Source: an uncultured Actinomycetota bacterium (GTDB lineage Bacteria; Actinomycetota; Actinomycetes; Mycobacteriales; Mycobacteriaceae). From it: a DNA stretch of 64,000 nt. Below, one piece after another: positions 1-8,809 of this stretch. How positions within the stretch are numbered: the first letter of the stretch is position 1; every line of letters starts with the position of its first letter. Under the pieces are notes generated by a model. It saw nothing but the letters and a program-made list of their open reading frames with translations, searched no databases and was not told the DNA's origin. The stretch is from positions 361,358 through 425,357 of the forward strand of contig CAWCSO010000012.1 in NCBI GenBank assembly GCA_963798245.1. Direction: 5' to 3'. The translations under genes were made by a program, and so were the position numbers.

Positions 1-280
1 GGCGGCCGCATTGTGGCGCAGCTTCCCCGAACCCGGCCACGACCTACGCGCCGCCGCCAAGGACATCACGGTGCCAGTGTTGATCACCTGGGGAGCAAGG
101 GATCTCACCGCCCCCGTTGGTTGGGGTCGGCTCGTCGCCAATGCGATCCCGGGCGCGCGGTTCGCCACTCTCCCCACCGGCCACGTGGTGTTCTCGTCGG
201 CCCCCGAGGCATGGCTGCGCGAAGTGGTGCCCTTCATCGAGGCGGCCCATTGCGCCGACCGGGACGCGTTGCATGGCTGA
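1..280 (+). CDS. alpha/beta hydrolase, C-terminal fragment (5'-truncated by window)
   Basis: PVLITWGARD (acid residue) and TGHVVF (catalytic His) motifs typical of alpha/beta hydrolase C-termini. Confidence 0.75.
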   Translation, partial: AAALWRSFPEPGHDLRAAAKDITVPVLITWGARDLTAPVGWGRLVANAIPGARFATLPTGHVVFSSAPEAWLREVVPFIEAAHCADRDALHG

Positions 281-321
281 CGAGGCCCACATCGTGGCCA
301 GGCATTCGGCGTGGGGTGTTC

Positions 322-377
322 GCCGAGCGTGACGTCACTGCGAGAAACTGGATTCTCGCGATGGCGTCACGTTCGGC
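322..377. repeat. REP-like intergenic palindrome
   Basis: gccgagcgtgacgtca...tggcgtcacgttcggc arms; similar to elements at 1863 and 24426. Confidence 0.65.
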
Positions 378-400
378 CGCCGACGATCGGCGAGCGGGCG

Positions 401-1774
401 TCAGGGCTCGTCGTCATCGGGGTCGAAGAGCATGCGTTCGGGGTGGTGGTAGTCGTTGGTGGTGTGTGTGCGTGCGGTGTTCAGGTGTGGCGGGGGGATC
501 CATTCGGTGCGGCCGTCTTGGCGTTTGCGGGTGGTCCAGCCGTCTTCGTGGACGAGGCGGTTGTGTGGGCCGCAGGCCAGGGTGAGGTCGTCGATGTTGG
601 TGTGGCCGTCGTCGGCCCAGTCGGTGACGGCGTGGTGAGCCTGGCAGCCGTATCCGGGCACGGTGCATCCGGGGAAGGTGCAGCCGCGGTCCTTGGCGTG
701 CAGCACGATGCGCTGTGCTGGTGAGGCGCAGCGTCGGGTGCGGCCGAGGTGCAGGGCGGCGCCGGTGTGGTCGTCGAAGATGGCGAGGTAGTGGTGTGCG
801 TGGCTCGCCATGCGGATCAGGTCGGGCATGGGCAGCAGGGTGCCGCCGCCGGTGACCGCGTGTCCGGCGCCGGATTCCAGTTCGGCCAGGGTGGTTGAGA
901 CGATGATGGTGGCGGGTAGTCCGTTGTGCTGGCCCAGTTCGCCGGAGGACAGCACGCTTCGGCCCATGGCCAGTAGTGCGTCGTGTCGGCGTTGGGCCGG
1001 GGTGCGTAGGTCGGTGCGCGCGGCGTCGTCGTTGGGTTCGCCGTCGACGACCGGTTTCTGGTCGTCGGGGTTGGCCATGCCGGGGGCGGCGAGTTTGGCG
1101 TTCACCGCTTCGAGGGTGGCGGCGGCTTCGGGGGTGAGCCAGCCGGTGATGCGGCTCATGCCGTCGGGGCCTTGAGGGCTGATGGTCAGCGAGCGTCGCC
1201 GTGCTCGTTCTTTGTCGTCGGGTGGTGGTCCGTCTTGGTCGATGAGGGCGGCGAGGCGGGCGGCGGCCTTGCCCAGTTCTTCGGGACCCAGGCCGGCGGC
1301 GACGCGGCAGAGGGTGGTTTCGGTTTGTTCGCGGGTGGTCACGTCGACCCAGTGCGGCAGTTTGGCGTAGAAGGTGCGGATCACGTCGACGTGCTCGGGT
1401 CCGATCGTCCCGGCGGTCTGGGCTGCTGCGGTCTGAGCTAGCACCGGTGCCAAGGGCTCGCCGGTTAGCGCGGTGCGCGGGCCCAGGTCGGCGGCTTCGC
1501 TGATGCGTCGGGTGGCTTCCTTGGTCGAGATTCGCAGCCGGTAGGTGAGCACTTCGCGAAGCGACTTGGCGCCCAGTTCGGTGGGTGAGGCCTCGGCGCT
1601 CAGGCGGGCGATGATGCGGTGCCCGATGGTCGGGGTGCGCCAGGTCAGGGTTTCCAGATCGGCGAGCACGTCGAGCAGTTCGGGATGGGTCAGGGTGTCG
1701 AGGTCCGCCTCGGCCAGCGTGTCGAACGCCGAGCGCAGCGCGCTGACAGCGTTGGTCACCTCTGCCGAACTCAT
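401..1774 (-). CDS. DUF222/HNH endonuclease (REP13E12 family)
   Basis: DRGCTFPGC...CQAHH...WADDGHTNIDDLTLACGPHNRLVH HNH/Zn motif; N-terminal DUF222-like region; start taken at MSSAEV. Confidence 0.92.
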   Translation of the reverse strand: MSSAEVTNAVSALRSAFDTLAEADLDTLTHPELLDVLADLETLTWRTPTIGHRIIARLSAEASPTELGAKSLREVLTYRLRISTKEATRRISEAADLGPRTALTGEPLAPVLAQTAAAQTAGTIGPEHVDVIRTFYAKLPHWVDVTTREQTETTLCRVAAGLGPEELGKAAARLAALIDQDGPPPDDKERARRRSLTISPQGPDGMSRITGWLTPEAAATLEAVNAKLAAPGMANPDDQKPVVDGEPNDDAARTDLRTPAQRRHDALLAMGRSVLSSGELGQHNGLPATIIVSTTLAELESGAGHAVTGGGTLLPMPDLIRMASHAHHYLAIFDDHTGAALHLGRTRRCASPAQRIVLHAKDRGCTFPGCTVPGYGCQAHHAVTDWADDGHTNIDDLTLACGPHNRLVHEDGWTTRKRQDGRTEWIPPPHLNTARTHTTNDYHHPERMLFDPDDDEP

Positions 1775-1777
1775 ACC

Positions 1778-1793
1778 TCGAACATTAGTTCGA
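1778..1793. promoter_or_regulatory. LexA SOS box
   Basis: TCGAAC-ATTA-GTTCGA, perfect mycobacterial SOS consensus, 3 bp upstream of the HNH gene start. Confidence 0.9.
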
Positions 1794-1862
1794 TAGACCG
1801 ACAACCCGGCCTCGATATGTGACTACTGAAACCACAGTGACGCAAGAGCTTTCGTTGGTCCG

Positions 1863-1921
1863 CGAGCGTGAAGATATCGCTGAACTCGACCGGCGTGTCG
1901 CCACGAAGAACTTCACACTCG
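1863..1921. repeat. REP-like intergenic palindrome
   Basis: cgagcgtgaag...cttcacactcg arms. Confidence 0.55.
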
Positions 1922-2031
1922 AAGAAGGAAAAGCCGGCCGCCGAGACCCCCGTCACATGCGGTGGAACAGGTGTCCTAGCTAACCTAGGCTTTCGTTGTC
2001 ATCTGTCCACGAAGTGCCCTACCGTGATCAC

Positions 2032-2607
2032 ATGGCCGCACGAACCCACAGTTCTGATCCCCGCGCCGAACGGGTCCGCACCCTGCTACGTGAGGCCGCC
2101 TTCGCGCTGGCACACGAACGCCCGGTGGACGAGATCACCGTCGCTGACCTCGTGGCCCGCGCGGGCGTCAGCAGGCAGGTCTTCTACCAGCACTTCTCCG
2201 ACCGCGACGACGCCGTCTCCACGGCTTTCGCGGTGGCATTCTCCGCGGCCGCCGCCGACATCCGTGGCGACGCCAGGGCCCGGATCACACGCCTCTTCGA
2301 CTTCGCGTCCGAACACCGCACCATGTACCGCAACGTCATACCCAGTGCCGTCACCCAGAGCGTCGTCGCGGCCTTCCGCACCGAACTTCTGCCCGCCTGC
2401 GAGGAGATCGCCGCGCAGGGCATGCGGGTCGTAGGGCCGATCGCGGACATCGCACCCGAATCCGTCAGTCGGTTCCTGGTCGGCGGATTTCAGGAAGTCC
2501 TGCGGTCCTGGATGGAGGACCCCGAGGCCACCGATCTTCGTGGCCGTGTCACCTCAGCCCTCGACACCGTCGACGCGCTTCTCGGCCTCAACGCCACCGC
2601 ACGCTGA
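2032..2607 (+). CDS. TetR/AcrR family transcriptional regulator
   Basis: ITVADLVARAGVSRQVFYQHF helix-turn-helix. Confidence 0.9.
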   Translation: MAARTHSSDPRAERVRTLLREAAFALAHERPVDEITVADLVARAGVSRQVFYQHFSDRDDAVSTAFAVAFSAAAADIRGDARARITRLFDFASEHRTMYRNVIPSAVTQSVVAAFRTELLPACEEIAAQGMRVVGPIADIAPESVSRFLVGGFQEVLRSWMEDPEATDLRGRVTSALDTVDALLGLNATAR

Positions 2608-2650
2608 TCCCTCAACCACACACGATCCCTCAATCACGAAAGGCTCCTCC

Positions 2651-3744
2651 ATGGGCAAGCACCACTCCGTACGCGACGTCGCGTCGAACCGTCGCGTCTC
2701 GCGGACCGACGTACGCAACATGGCCCTGGCGATGGCGGCGCTGACGATCTTCGTCGTCGCCATGATCGCCAGTTACTCAGGGGCGTTCGCCAAGCCCACG
2801 CTGCACCACCTCGATGTCGCCGTCGCCGGGCCCGAGCAGATCGTCGATGCGATCCGCGGCCAGGACAGCCTCGGCGTGACAGAGGTCGCCGACGCCGCGG
2901 CTGCCCGTGCGCAGGTCTACGACCGCAGCGCCGACGCGGCCTTCGTCGTCGCGCCGACCGGTGACCTCACGATCTACGTGGCGGGCGGAGGCGGCCGCAG
3001 CGTGGCCAACGCCGCCGAAACCGTCGGACGCGGCATCGCCGCTCAACGCGGGCCTGATGCCGACGGTCGAAGACGTCGCGCCCACGTCGTCGACCGACCC
3101 GCAGGGCACCGTCGAGTTCTACGCCATCATCTTCCTGTCGATCGGCGCCACCGTCGGTGCGGCACTGTTCGGGCGGATGATGGGCAGCGTCCGCAGAGCG
3201 TCCACGCTCGCGTTGCGCACGCTCAGCCTGGCCGCCTACTCGGCGCTGCTGGCCGGCACCGTGACGCTCTACGTCGACGGCGTGCTCGGCGCGCTGACCA
3301 GCCACACCTGGCAGATCTTCGGAGCGCTGTGGTTGTACGCGATGGCCGTGGGCGGAGCGGTCACCGGTGTCTCCGCCGCCCTTGGCACGGGCGCCTCGCT
3401 GGCGGTAACGCTGTTCCTGGTGATCGTCGGCAACGCGGCCGCGGCAGGCCCTGTCGGCAAGCCGCTTGCTGTCGGGCTTCTACACCACTTTCAATGCGAT
3501 CGTGCCCCAGGGTTCGGGCGTCGCGCTGCTGCGCAGCATCGAGTACTTCGGCGGCAACGGCGCGCTGACACCGGTTGTCACTCTGGCCATCTGGGGAGCG
3601 GTCGGGGGCGTCCTCGCGGTGATCGCAGTCCTCGCCCCGAAGCTGTGGACGGATTATCGTTCCAGTCATGACGGTTACCACGTCCGCTCAGCCGGACGAG
3701 ACCGAGCAGTACTTCGACCTGGGGTCCTATCACCGGCCGACTGA
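2651..3744 (+). CDS. ABC-2/DUF3533-like membrane protein, frameshifted near 3045 and 3465
   Basis: N-terminal TM (SYSGAFAKPTLHHLDVAVAG), soluble loop, then several TM helices spread over three reading frames. Confidence 0.7.
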
Positions 3745-5365
3745 CACCGCGTCGCCGCAGGCGCAGGTGTGGTTCGACCGCGGCATGGTGTGGGCCTACG
3801 CCTTCAACCACGACGAGTCGATCCGCTGCTTCGAGCGGGCGTTGGCGCTCGATCCCGGACTGGCCATCGCCCGCTGGGGCATCGCATACGCAATCGGGCC
3901 CAACTACAACAAGGCGTGGGGCGCGTTCGACCCGGTCGATCTGGCCGCCTCCCTCGCCCGCGCCCGGATGGAGCTCGAGCTGGCCCGCACCGGGCGTGCG
4001 TCCGTCGTCGAACGCTCCCTGATCGAGGCGCTCGTCACCCGCTTCCCCACCGCCGACCCGCATGACGCCGACGCGCTCGATGCCGGTCATGGCGCCTACG
4101 CCAACGCCATGGCACGACTCGCCAAGGCCGAACCCGACGACGTGGACGTGGCTGCGCTCGCCGCGGATGCTCTGGTCAACGTCACGGCATGGGCGCTGTG
4201 GGACACGGGAACTGGCGAGCCCGGCCCGAACTCGCGTGTTGTCGAGGCCAAGCGGATTCTCGACGACGCGCTCGCGACCGATGCCGGCCGCAGGCACCCC
4301 TGCGTGCTGCACGTCTACCTGCATGCCATGGAGATGTCGGCGCACCCCGAGGAGGCGCTGCCCGCCGCGGACCTGCTGCGCGGTCTGGTACCCGATGCGG
4401 GCCACCTGCAGCACATGCCCAGCCACATCGACGTGCTGTGCGGCGACTTTCGCAGCTCCGTGATCGCGAATCAGGCTGCAGTGCAGGCCGATCACCGGTT
4501 CGTACAGCGCGAGGGGCCGCTGAACTTCTACTCGCTCTACCGTGCCCACGATCTGCACTTCATCGTCTACTCGGCGATGTTCGAGGGCCGGCAGGCAGTC
4601 GCAATCAAGGCCGCCGAGGAGCTCGCCGACCAGCTGACCCCGGAGCTTCTCGCGATCGAGTCGCCGCCCATGGCCGACTGGCTGGAGGCGTTCGTGCCGT
4701 TGAAGGTCCACGTCCTCGTCAGGTTCGGCAGGTGGGACGAGCTGATCGCGCAGCCCCTACCGAACGACACCACGCTGTACTGCACTACCACCGCGACCAT
4801 TCACTACGGTCGCGGCGTCGCCTACGCCGCCACGGGCCGCCTCGACCAGGCCCGCGCCGAACGGGAGGCGTTCGCTGCGGTCTACGACCGGATTCCGGAC
4901 AGCCGGTACCTGTTCAACAACACCAGCCGCGACATCCTGAGCGTCGGCGCAGCGATGCTCGACGGCGAGATCGCCTATCGGGAGCGTCGTTTCGAGGAGG
5001 CGTTCGCCGCGCTGCGGCACGCGATCGCACTCGACGACGGGCTTCCCTACGACGAGCCATGGGGGTGGATGCAGCCGACCCGCCACGCTCTCGGCGCGCT
5101 GCTGCTCGAGCAGGGCCGCGTCGAGGACGCCGCCGCGGTCTACGCGGCCGACCTCGGCCTGGATCCGACATTGAGCCGACCGTGCCAGCACCCGGGAAAC
5201 GTCTGGAGCCTTCACGGCTACCACGAATGCCTCAAACGCCTGGGCCGCGCCGACGAGGCCACCATCATCGCCAGGCAGCTCGAGATCGCCGCCGCCCGCG
5301 CCGATGTCTCGATCAACGCATCCTGCGCCTGCCGGCTCGACGTGACGACTACCGCCACGACGTAG
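3668..5365 (+). CDS. TPR-repeat protein
   Basis: AQVWFDRGMVWAYAFNHDESIRCFERAL and further TPR-like helices; 565 aa. Confidence 0.8.
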   Translation: MTVTTSAQPDETEQYFDLGSYHRPTDTASPQAQVWFDRGMVWAYAFNHDESIRCFERALALDPGLAIARWGIAYAIGPNYNKAWGAFDPVDLAASLARARMELELARTGRASVVERSLIEALVTRFPTADPHDADALDAGHGAYANAMARLAKAEPDDVDVAALAADALVNVTAWALWDTGTGEPGPNSRVVEAKRILDDALATDAGRRHPCVLHVYLHAMEMSAHPEEALPAADLLRGLVPDAGHLQHMPSHIDVLCGDFRSSVIANQAAVQADHRFVQREGPLNFYSLYRAHDLHFIVYSAMFEGRQAVAIKAAEELADQLTPELLAIESPPMADWLEAFVPLKVHVLVRFGRWDELIAQPLPNDTTLYCTTTATIHYGRGVAYAATGRLDQARAEREAFAAVYDRIPDSRYLFNNTSRDILSVGAAMLDGEIAYRERRFEEAFAALRHAIALDDGLPYDEPWGWMQPTRHALGALLLEQGRVEDAAAVYAADLGLDPTLSRPCQHPGNVWSLHGYHECLKRLGRADEATIIARQLEIAAARADVSINASCACRLDVTTTATT

Positions 5366-5382
5366 GTCTCTATCGTCGACAC

Positions 5383-6003
5383 GTGAAGCGGGCATGGTCC
5401 AGCACGTCGCACTGGGTGGCAACGGCTCCCCTGACCTACCTCTGGCTGACTGCCCTCCTCGTCACGACGGTCGTTGCGCACCAGCTCGCCGGGCCGCGAC
5501 TCGATGCTCTGCTCCGAGCCCGGTCGACCAACCTGTATCACCTCGTCGTCGACCCGGAACGGGTCCTGTTCAGCAGCCTGCTCTGGATCGACGGCCGCTA
5601 CTGGTGGCCGTATCTGATCGCCTTCAGCGTCTTCCTCGCCCCGGCCGAGCGGTGGCTCGGTCACCTGCGCTGGCTGATCGTCGGCCTGGTCTGCCACGTG
5701 GGCGCGACATACCTCAGCGAGGGCTACGTGCTCTGGCGCATCCGGACGGACGACGCCCCCGCCCGGCTGGCCGACGTCCGTGACGTCGGCGTGAGCTACT
5801 TCCTGGTCGGCATCATCGGGGTGCTCGTCTTCCGCGTCCCCCCACGGTGGCGGTGGGTCTACCTGGCGAGCGCCGTGCTGGTGTTCGGCGGCGCATTCGC
5901 CCTCAGCCCGGGCTTCACCGCGCTCGGGCATCTCTGTGCGCTCGCCCTCGGGATCGCCTGCTACCCGCTGACACGCGGCCGCCAGGCCCCGGTCGCTGCG
6001 TAG
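5383..6003 (+). CDS. rhomboid-like membrane protein
   Basis: STNLYHL, DVGVSY and FTALGH motifs; multiple TM segments. Confidence 0.75.
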   Translation: MKRAWSSTSHWVATAPLTYLWLTALLVTTVVAHQLAGPRLDALLRARSTNLYHLVVDPERVLFSSLLWIDGRYWWPYLIAFSVFLAPAERWLGHLRWLIVGLVCHVGATYLSEGYVLWRIRTDDAPARLADVRDVGVSYFLVGIIGVLVFRVPPRWRWVYLASAVLVFGGAFALSPGFTALGHLCALALGIACYPLTRGRQAPVAA

Positions 6004-6014
6004 ACTCGGCCGCT

Positions 6015-6494
6015 GTGGGGATCAGCGGAGAGGACCTCGGGCGGCTGCGACGATGTGTCGAGCTCGCCGGGTCGGCTCTCGAAGCGGGCGACGAGCCGTT
6101 CGGTTCGCTTCTGGTCGATGCCGACGGTGCCGTCCGGTACGAAGACCGCAATCGCGTAAAGGACGGCGACGCGACCGCGCACCCCGAACTTGCGATCGCA
6201 CGGTGGGCTGCCGCCAACCTCGACCCGGCCGACCGCACTTCCGCCACCGTCTACACCTCGGGCGAACACTGTCCGATGTGTTCGGCCGCGCACGCGTGGG
6301 TGGGGCTCGGCCGCATCGTGTACGCGACCTCGTCGACGCAGCTGACCCAATGGCTGCTCGAGTGGGGAGCACCTGCGACACCCGTTGCACCACTGCCGAT
6401 TTCGATGGTGGCCCCCGACGTCACCGCGGACGGTCCAGTCGCCGAGCTGGCCGACGAGATTAAGTCGCTATACGAAGCGAGGTTCCGGCCATGA
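6015..6494 (+). CDS. nucleoside/guanine-type deaminase (CDA superfamily)
   Basis: PFGSLLV, HPE and EHCPMC zinc motifs. Confidence 0.85.
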   Translation: MGISGEDLGRLRRCVELAGSALEAGDEPFGSLLVDADGAVRYEDRNRVKDGDATAHPELAIARWAAANLDPADRTSATVYTSGEHCPMCSAAHAWVGLGRIVYATSSTQLTQWLLEWGAPATPVAPLPISMVAPDVTADGPVAELADEIKSLYEARFRP

Positions 6495-7837
6495 CGGCTA
6501 CGTCCAACGAGCACCCGAGCGAACCGGCGTGGGTCGAGCACGCGATCTGGTGGCAGATCTACCCACTCGGCTTCGTCGGCGCCTTTCCGGCCGACCCCGC
6601 TCCCTCGGCCGGCGAGCACAAATTGCGCCGGGTGAGCGAGTGGCTGGACCATGCGCTGGAGCTCGGCGCGTCCGGTATCGCGCTAGGACCCATCTTCGCG
6701 TCGCGCACCCACGGCTACGACACCACCGACCACCACCGGATCGACCCGCGCCTCGGCGACGACTCCGACTTCGACCACCTCGTCGCCGAAGCCAAGCAGC
6801 GTGGACTGCGCATCCTGCTCGATGGCGTGTTCAACCACGTCGGCACCGACTTCCCCCGCTACCGAGACGCCGAGGCGGGCGGTCCCGAGGATCCCGCCTC
6901 GTCGTGGTTCCGGCGGCGCGGCAGGGATTCCCACTTCGTCACGTTCGAGGGGCACGACGGTCTGGTCACGCTCAACCATGACAATCCCGACGTCGTCGAC
7001 TACACCGTCGACGTCATGTCTCACTGGTTGCGCCGCGGCGCCGACGGTTGGCGCCTCGACGCCGCCTACGCGGTTCCGGACGGGTTCTGGGCGAAGGTGC
7101 TCCCGGCCGTGCGGCGCGAGTTCCCCGACGCGTGGTTCGTCGGCGAGGTCATCCATGGCGACTACGCGGGCACCGTGTCCGCGGCGACGTTCGACTCGGT
7201 GACCCAGTACGAACTCTGGAAGGCCATCTGGAGCAGTCTCAACGACGTCAACTTCCACGAACTCGACCACGCGCTGCGGCGGCACGACGAGTTCCTCGAC
7301 ACGTTCGTCCCCATGACGTTCATCGGCAACCACGACGTCACCCGCATCGCCAGCCAGGTCGACGACGAGCGACACATCCCGCACGCTCTCGTCGTGCTCA
7401 TGACCACCGGCGGCACGCCGAGCATCTACGCCGGTGATGAGTGGGGCTACCGGGGCGTCAAGGAGGAACGCGTCGGCGGCGACGACGCCGTCCGCCCGGA
7501 GTTCTCGGCCCGTCCGGAGGAATCCGAGCACCTCGGTGAGGACACCTTCCGGCTCCACCAGCATCTCATCGGCCTGCGCCGTCGACACCCGTGGCTGTAC
7601 GCCGCACGCACCACCGCGCTGTCGCTGGCGAACGGTCAGTACGTCTACCGGTCGTCGGCCGAAGGGGGCGAACTCATCGTCGCGCTCAACCTCGACGACG
7701 CACCCCTGTCGGCGTCGCTGTCGGATATCGGTGCCGGCACCGGTCAGATCGTCGCCGGTTCGGCCGTGCCCGCCGAGGACCTCGTCGACCAACTGACGGT
7801 CGAACCGCACGGCTGGGCCATCGTCGCGCCGAGCTGA
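6491..7837 (+). CDS. GH13 alpha-amylase/cyclomaltodextrinase family glycosidase
   Basis: DGVFNH, GWRLDAA, GEVIH and FIGNHD conserved GH13 regions. Confidence 0.9.
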   Translation: MTATSNEHPSEPAWVEHAIWWQIYPLGFVGAFPADPAPSAGEHKLRRVSEWLDHALELGASGIALGPIFASRTHGYDTTDHHRIDPRLGDDSDFDHLVAEAKQRGLRILLDGVFNHVGTDFPRYRDAEAGGPEDPASSWFRRRGRDSHFVTFEGHDGLVTLNHDNPDVVDYTVDVMSHWLRRGADGWRLDAAYAVPDGFWAKVLPAVRREFPDAWFVGEVIHGDYAGTVSAATFDSVTQYELWKAIWSSLNDVNFHELDHALRRHDEFLDTFVPMTFIGNHDVTRIASQVDDERHIPHALVVLMTTGGTPSIYAGDEWGYRGVKEERVGGDDAVRPEFSARPEESEHLGEDTFRLHQHLIGLRRRHPWLYAARTTALSLANGQYVYRSSAEGGELIVALNLDDAPLSASLSDIGAGTGQIVAGSAVPAEDLVDQLTVEPHGWAIVAPS

Positions 7838-7849
7838 CGCCGGCGCGGC

Positions 7850-8587
7850 TCAGCCGTGGCCGGGGGGCGAATCGGTGGCGCCGTTGCGACTGGAGGCGTG
7901 CCCCGCGTTCGCCAGTCTGCGGATCTCGCCGCGAAGTTCCTCGATCTGCGCCGTGGTCGCCGCCTGGTGGGCGGTGTCCTCCTCGGCGACCCGCTGCACG
8001 ATCCACGACGCGAGCGTGCCCGTCACCACACCGACGAGGCTGATTCCCCCGATCATTAGCAGGGTGGCGATGACGCGGGCCGTGGTCGTCACGGGTGCCA
8101 GGTCGCCGTAGCCGACCGTCGTGACCGTCGTGATCGACCACCACAGCGCATTGCCGAAGGAGTCGATGTCGGAGTCGGGGCTGCCGCGCTCGGCCTCCAG
8201 CACCGCTAGGGAGGCCACGTAGACGAGCAACGTGGCCGCACACGCGGTGAAGATGACGACGCGCCCCCGGATCGCGTGGCCGACGGCACGCTGGAGCACC
8301 CCCAGCAGCGTCACCAGCCGCAGCAGGCGGAGCGGGCGCAGCATCGGCAGCGTCACGATCGCGAGATCCAGGAGATGGTGGGTGAACCAGTTCAGCCTGT
8401 CCCGTGCCAGCGAGAGCCGGGCCACGTAGTCCACGACGAAGACCAGGTAGAGCATGGCGTTGACGGCGCTGAGCGCGTTGTTGAGATTGCCGCTGAGCTG
8501 AGCCAGAACCTGCACCGAGTAGATGGCGAGGAAGACCACCGCGACGCCCGCGAGCGGGAACTCGGTGCGAGCTTCCCAGCGCTCCAA
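7850..8587 (-). CDS. potassium channel family protein
   Basis: TTVGYGD selectivity filter; RPLRLLRL S4-like segment. Confidence 0.92.
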   Translation of the reverse strand: MERWEARTEFPLAGVAVVFLAIYSVQVLAQLSGNLNNALSAVNAMLYLVFVVDYVARLSLARDRLNWFTHHLLDLAIVTLPMLRPLRLLRLVTLLGVLQRAVGHAIRGRVVIFTACAATLLVYVASLAVLEAERGSPDSDIDSFGNALWWSITTVTTVGYGDLAPVTTTARVIATLLMIGGISLVGVVTGTLASWIVQRVAEEDTAHQAATTAQIEELRGEIRRLANAGHASSRNGATDSPPGHG

Positions 8588-8809
8588 CCTGTTCTCGTCG
8601 GAGATGGGTTGGAGATGGGTTCGTCGAGATCGGTGCGTTGCGCGAATTGTGTGGAAGGCATCTCAGGCCGACCATAGCGGCTCTGCCGGACACTTGCTAA
8701 CTCCTGTCAGGCCGTGGCGCGGCGTGGCGAATCGGTCCTGCAAGGACTCGCGGGCCGGGGTCGGCGGACTGGCCGACTTCCCTGGACATGGCAACTAGGC
8801 TTTGCGGCG

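Noticed and set aside
4189-5382. Long N-terminal extension of the rhomboid-like ORF
   Set aside because: Alternative frame of the TPR gene, kept open by high GC.
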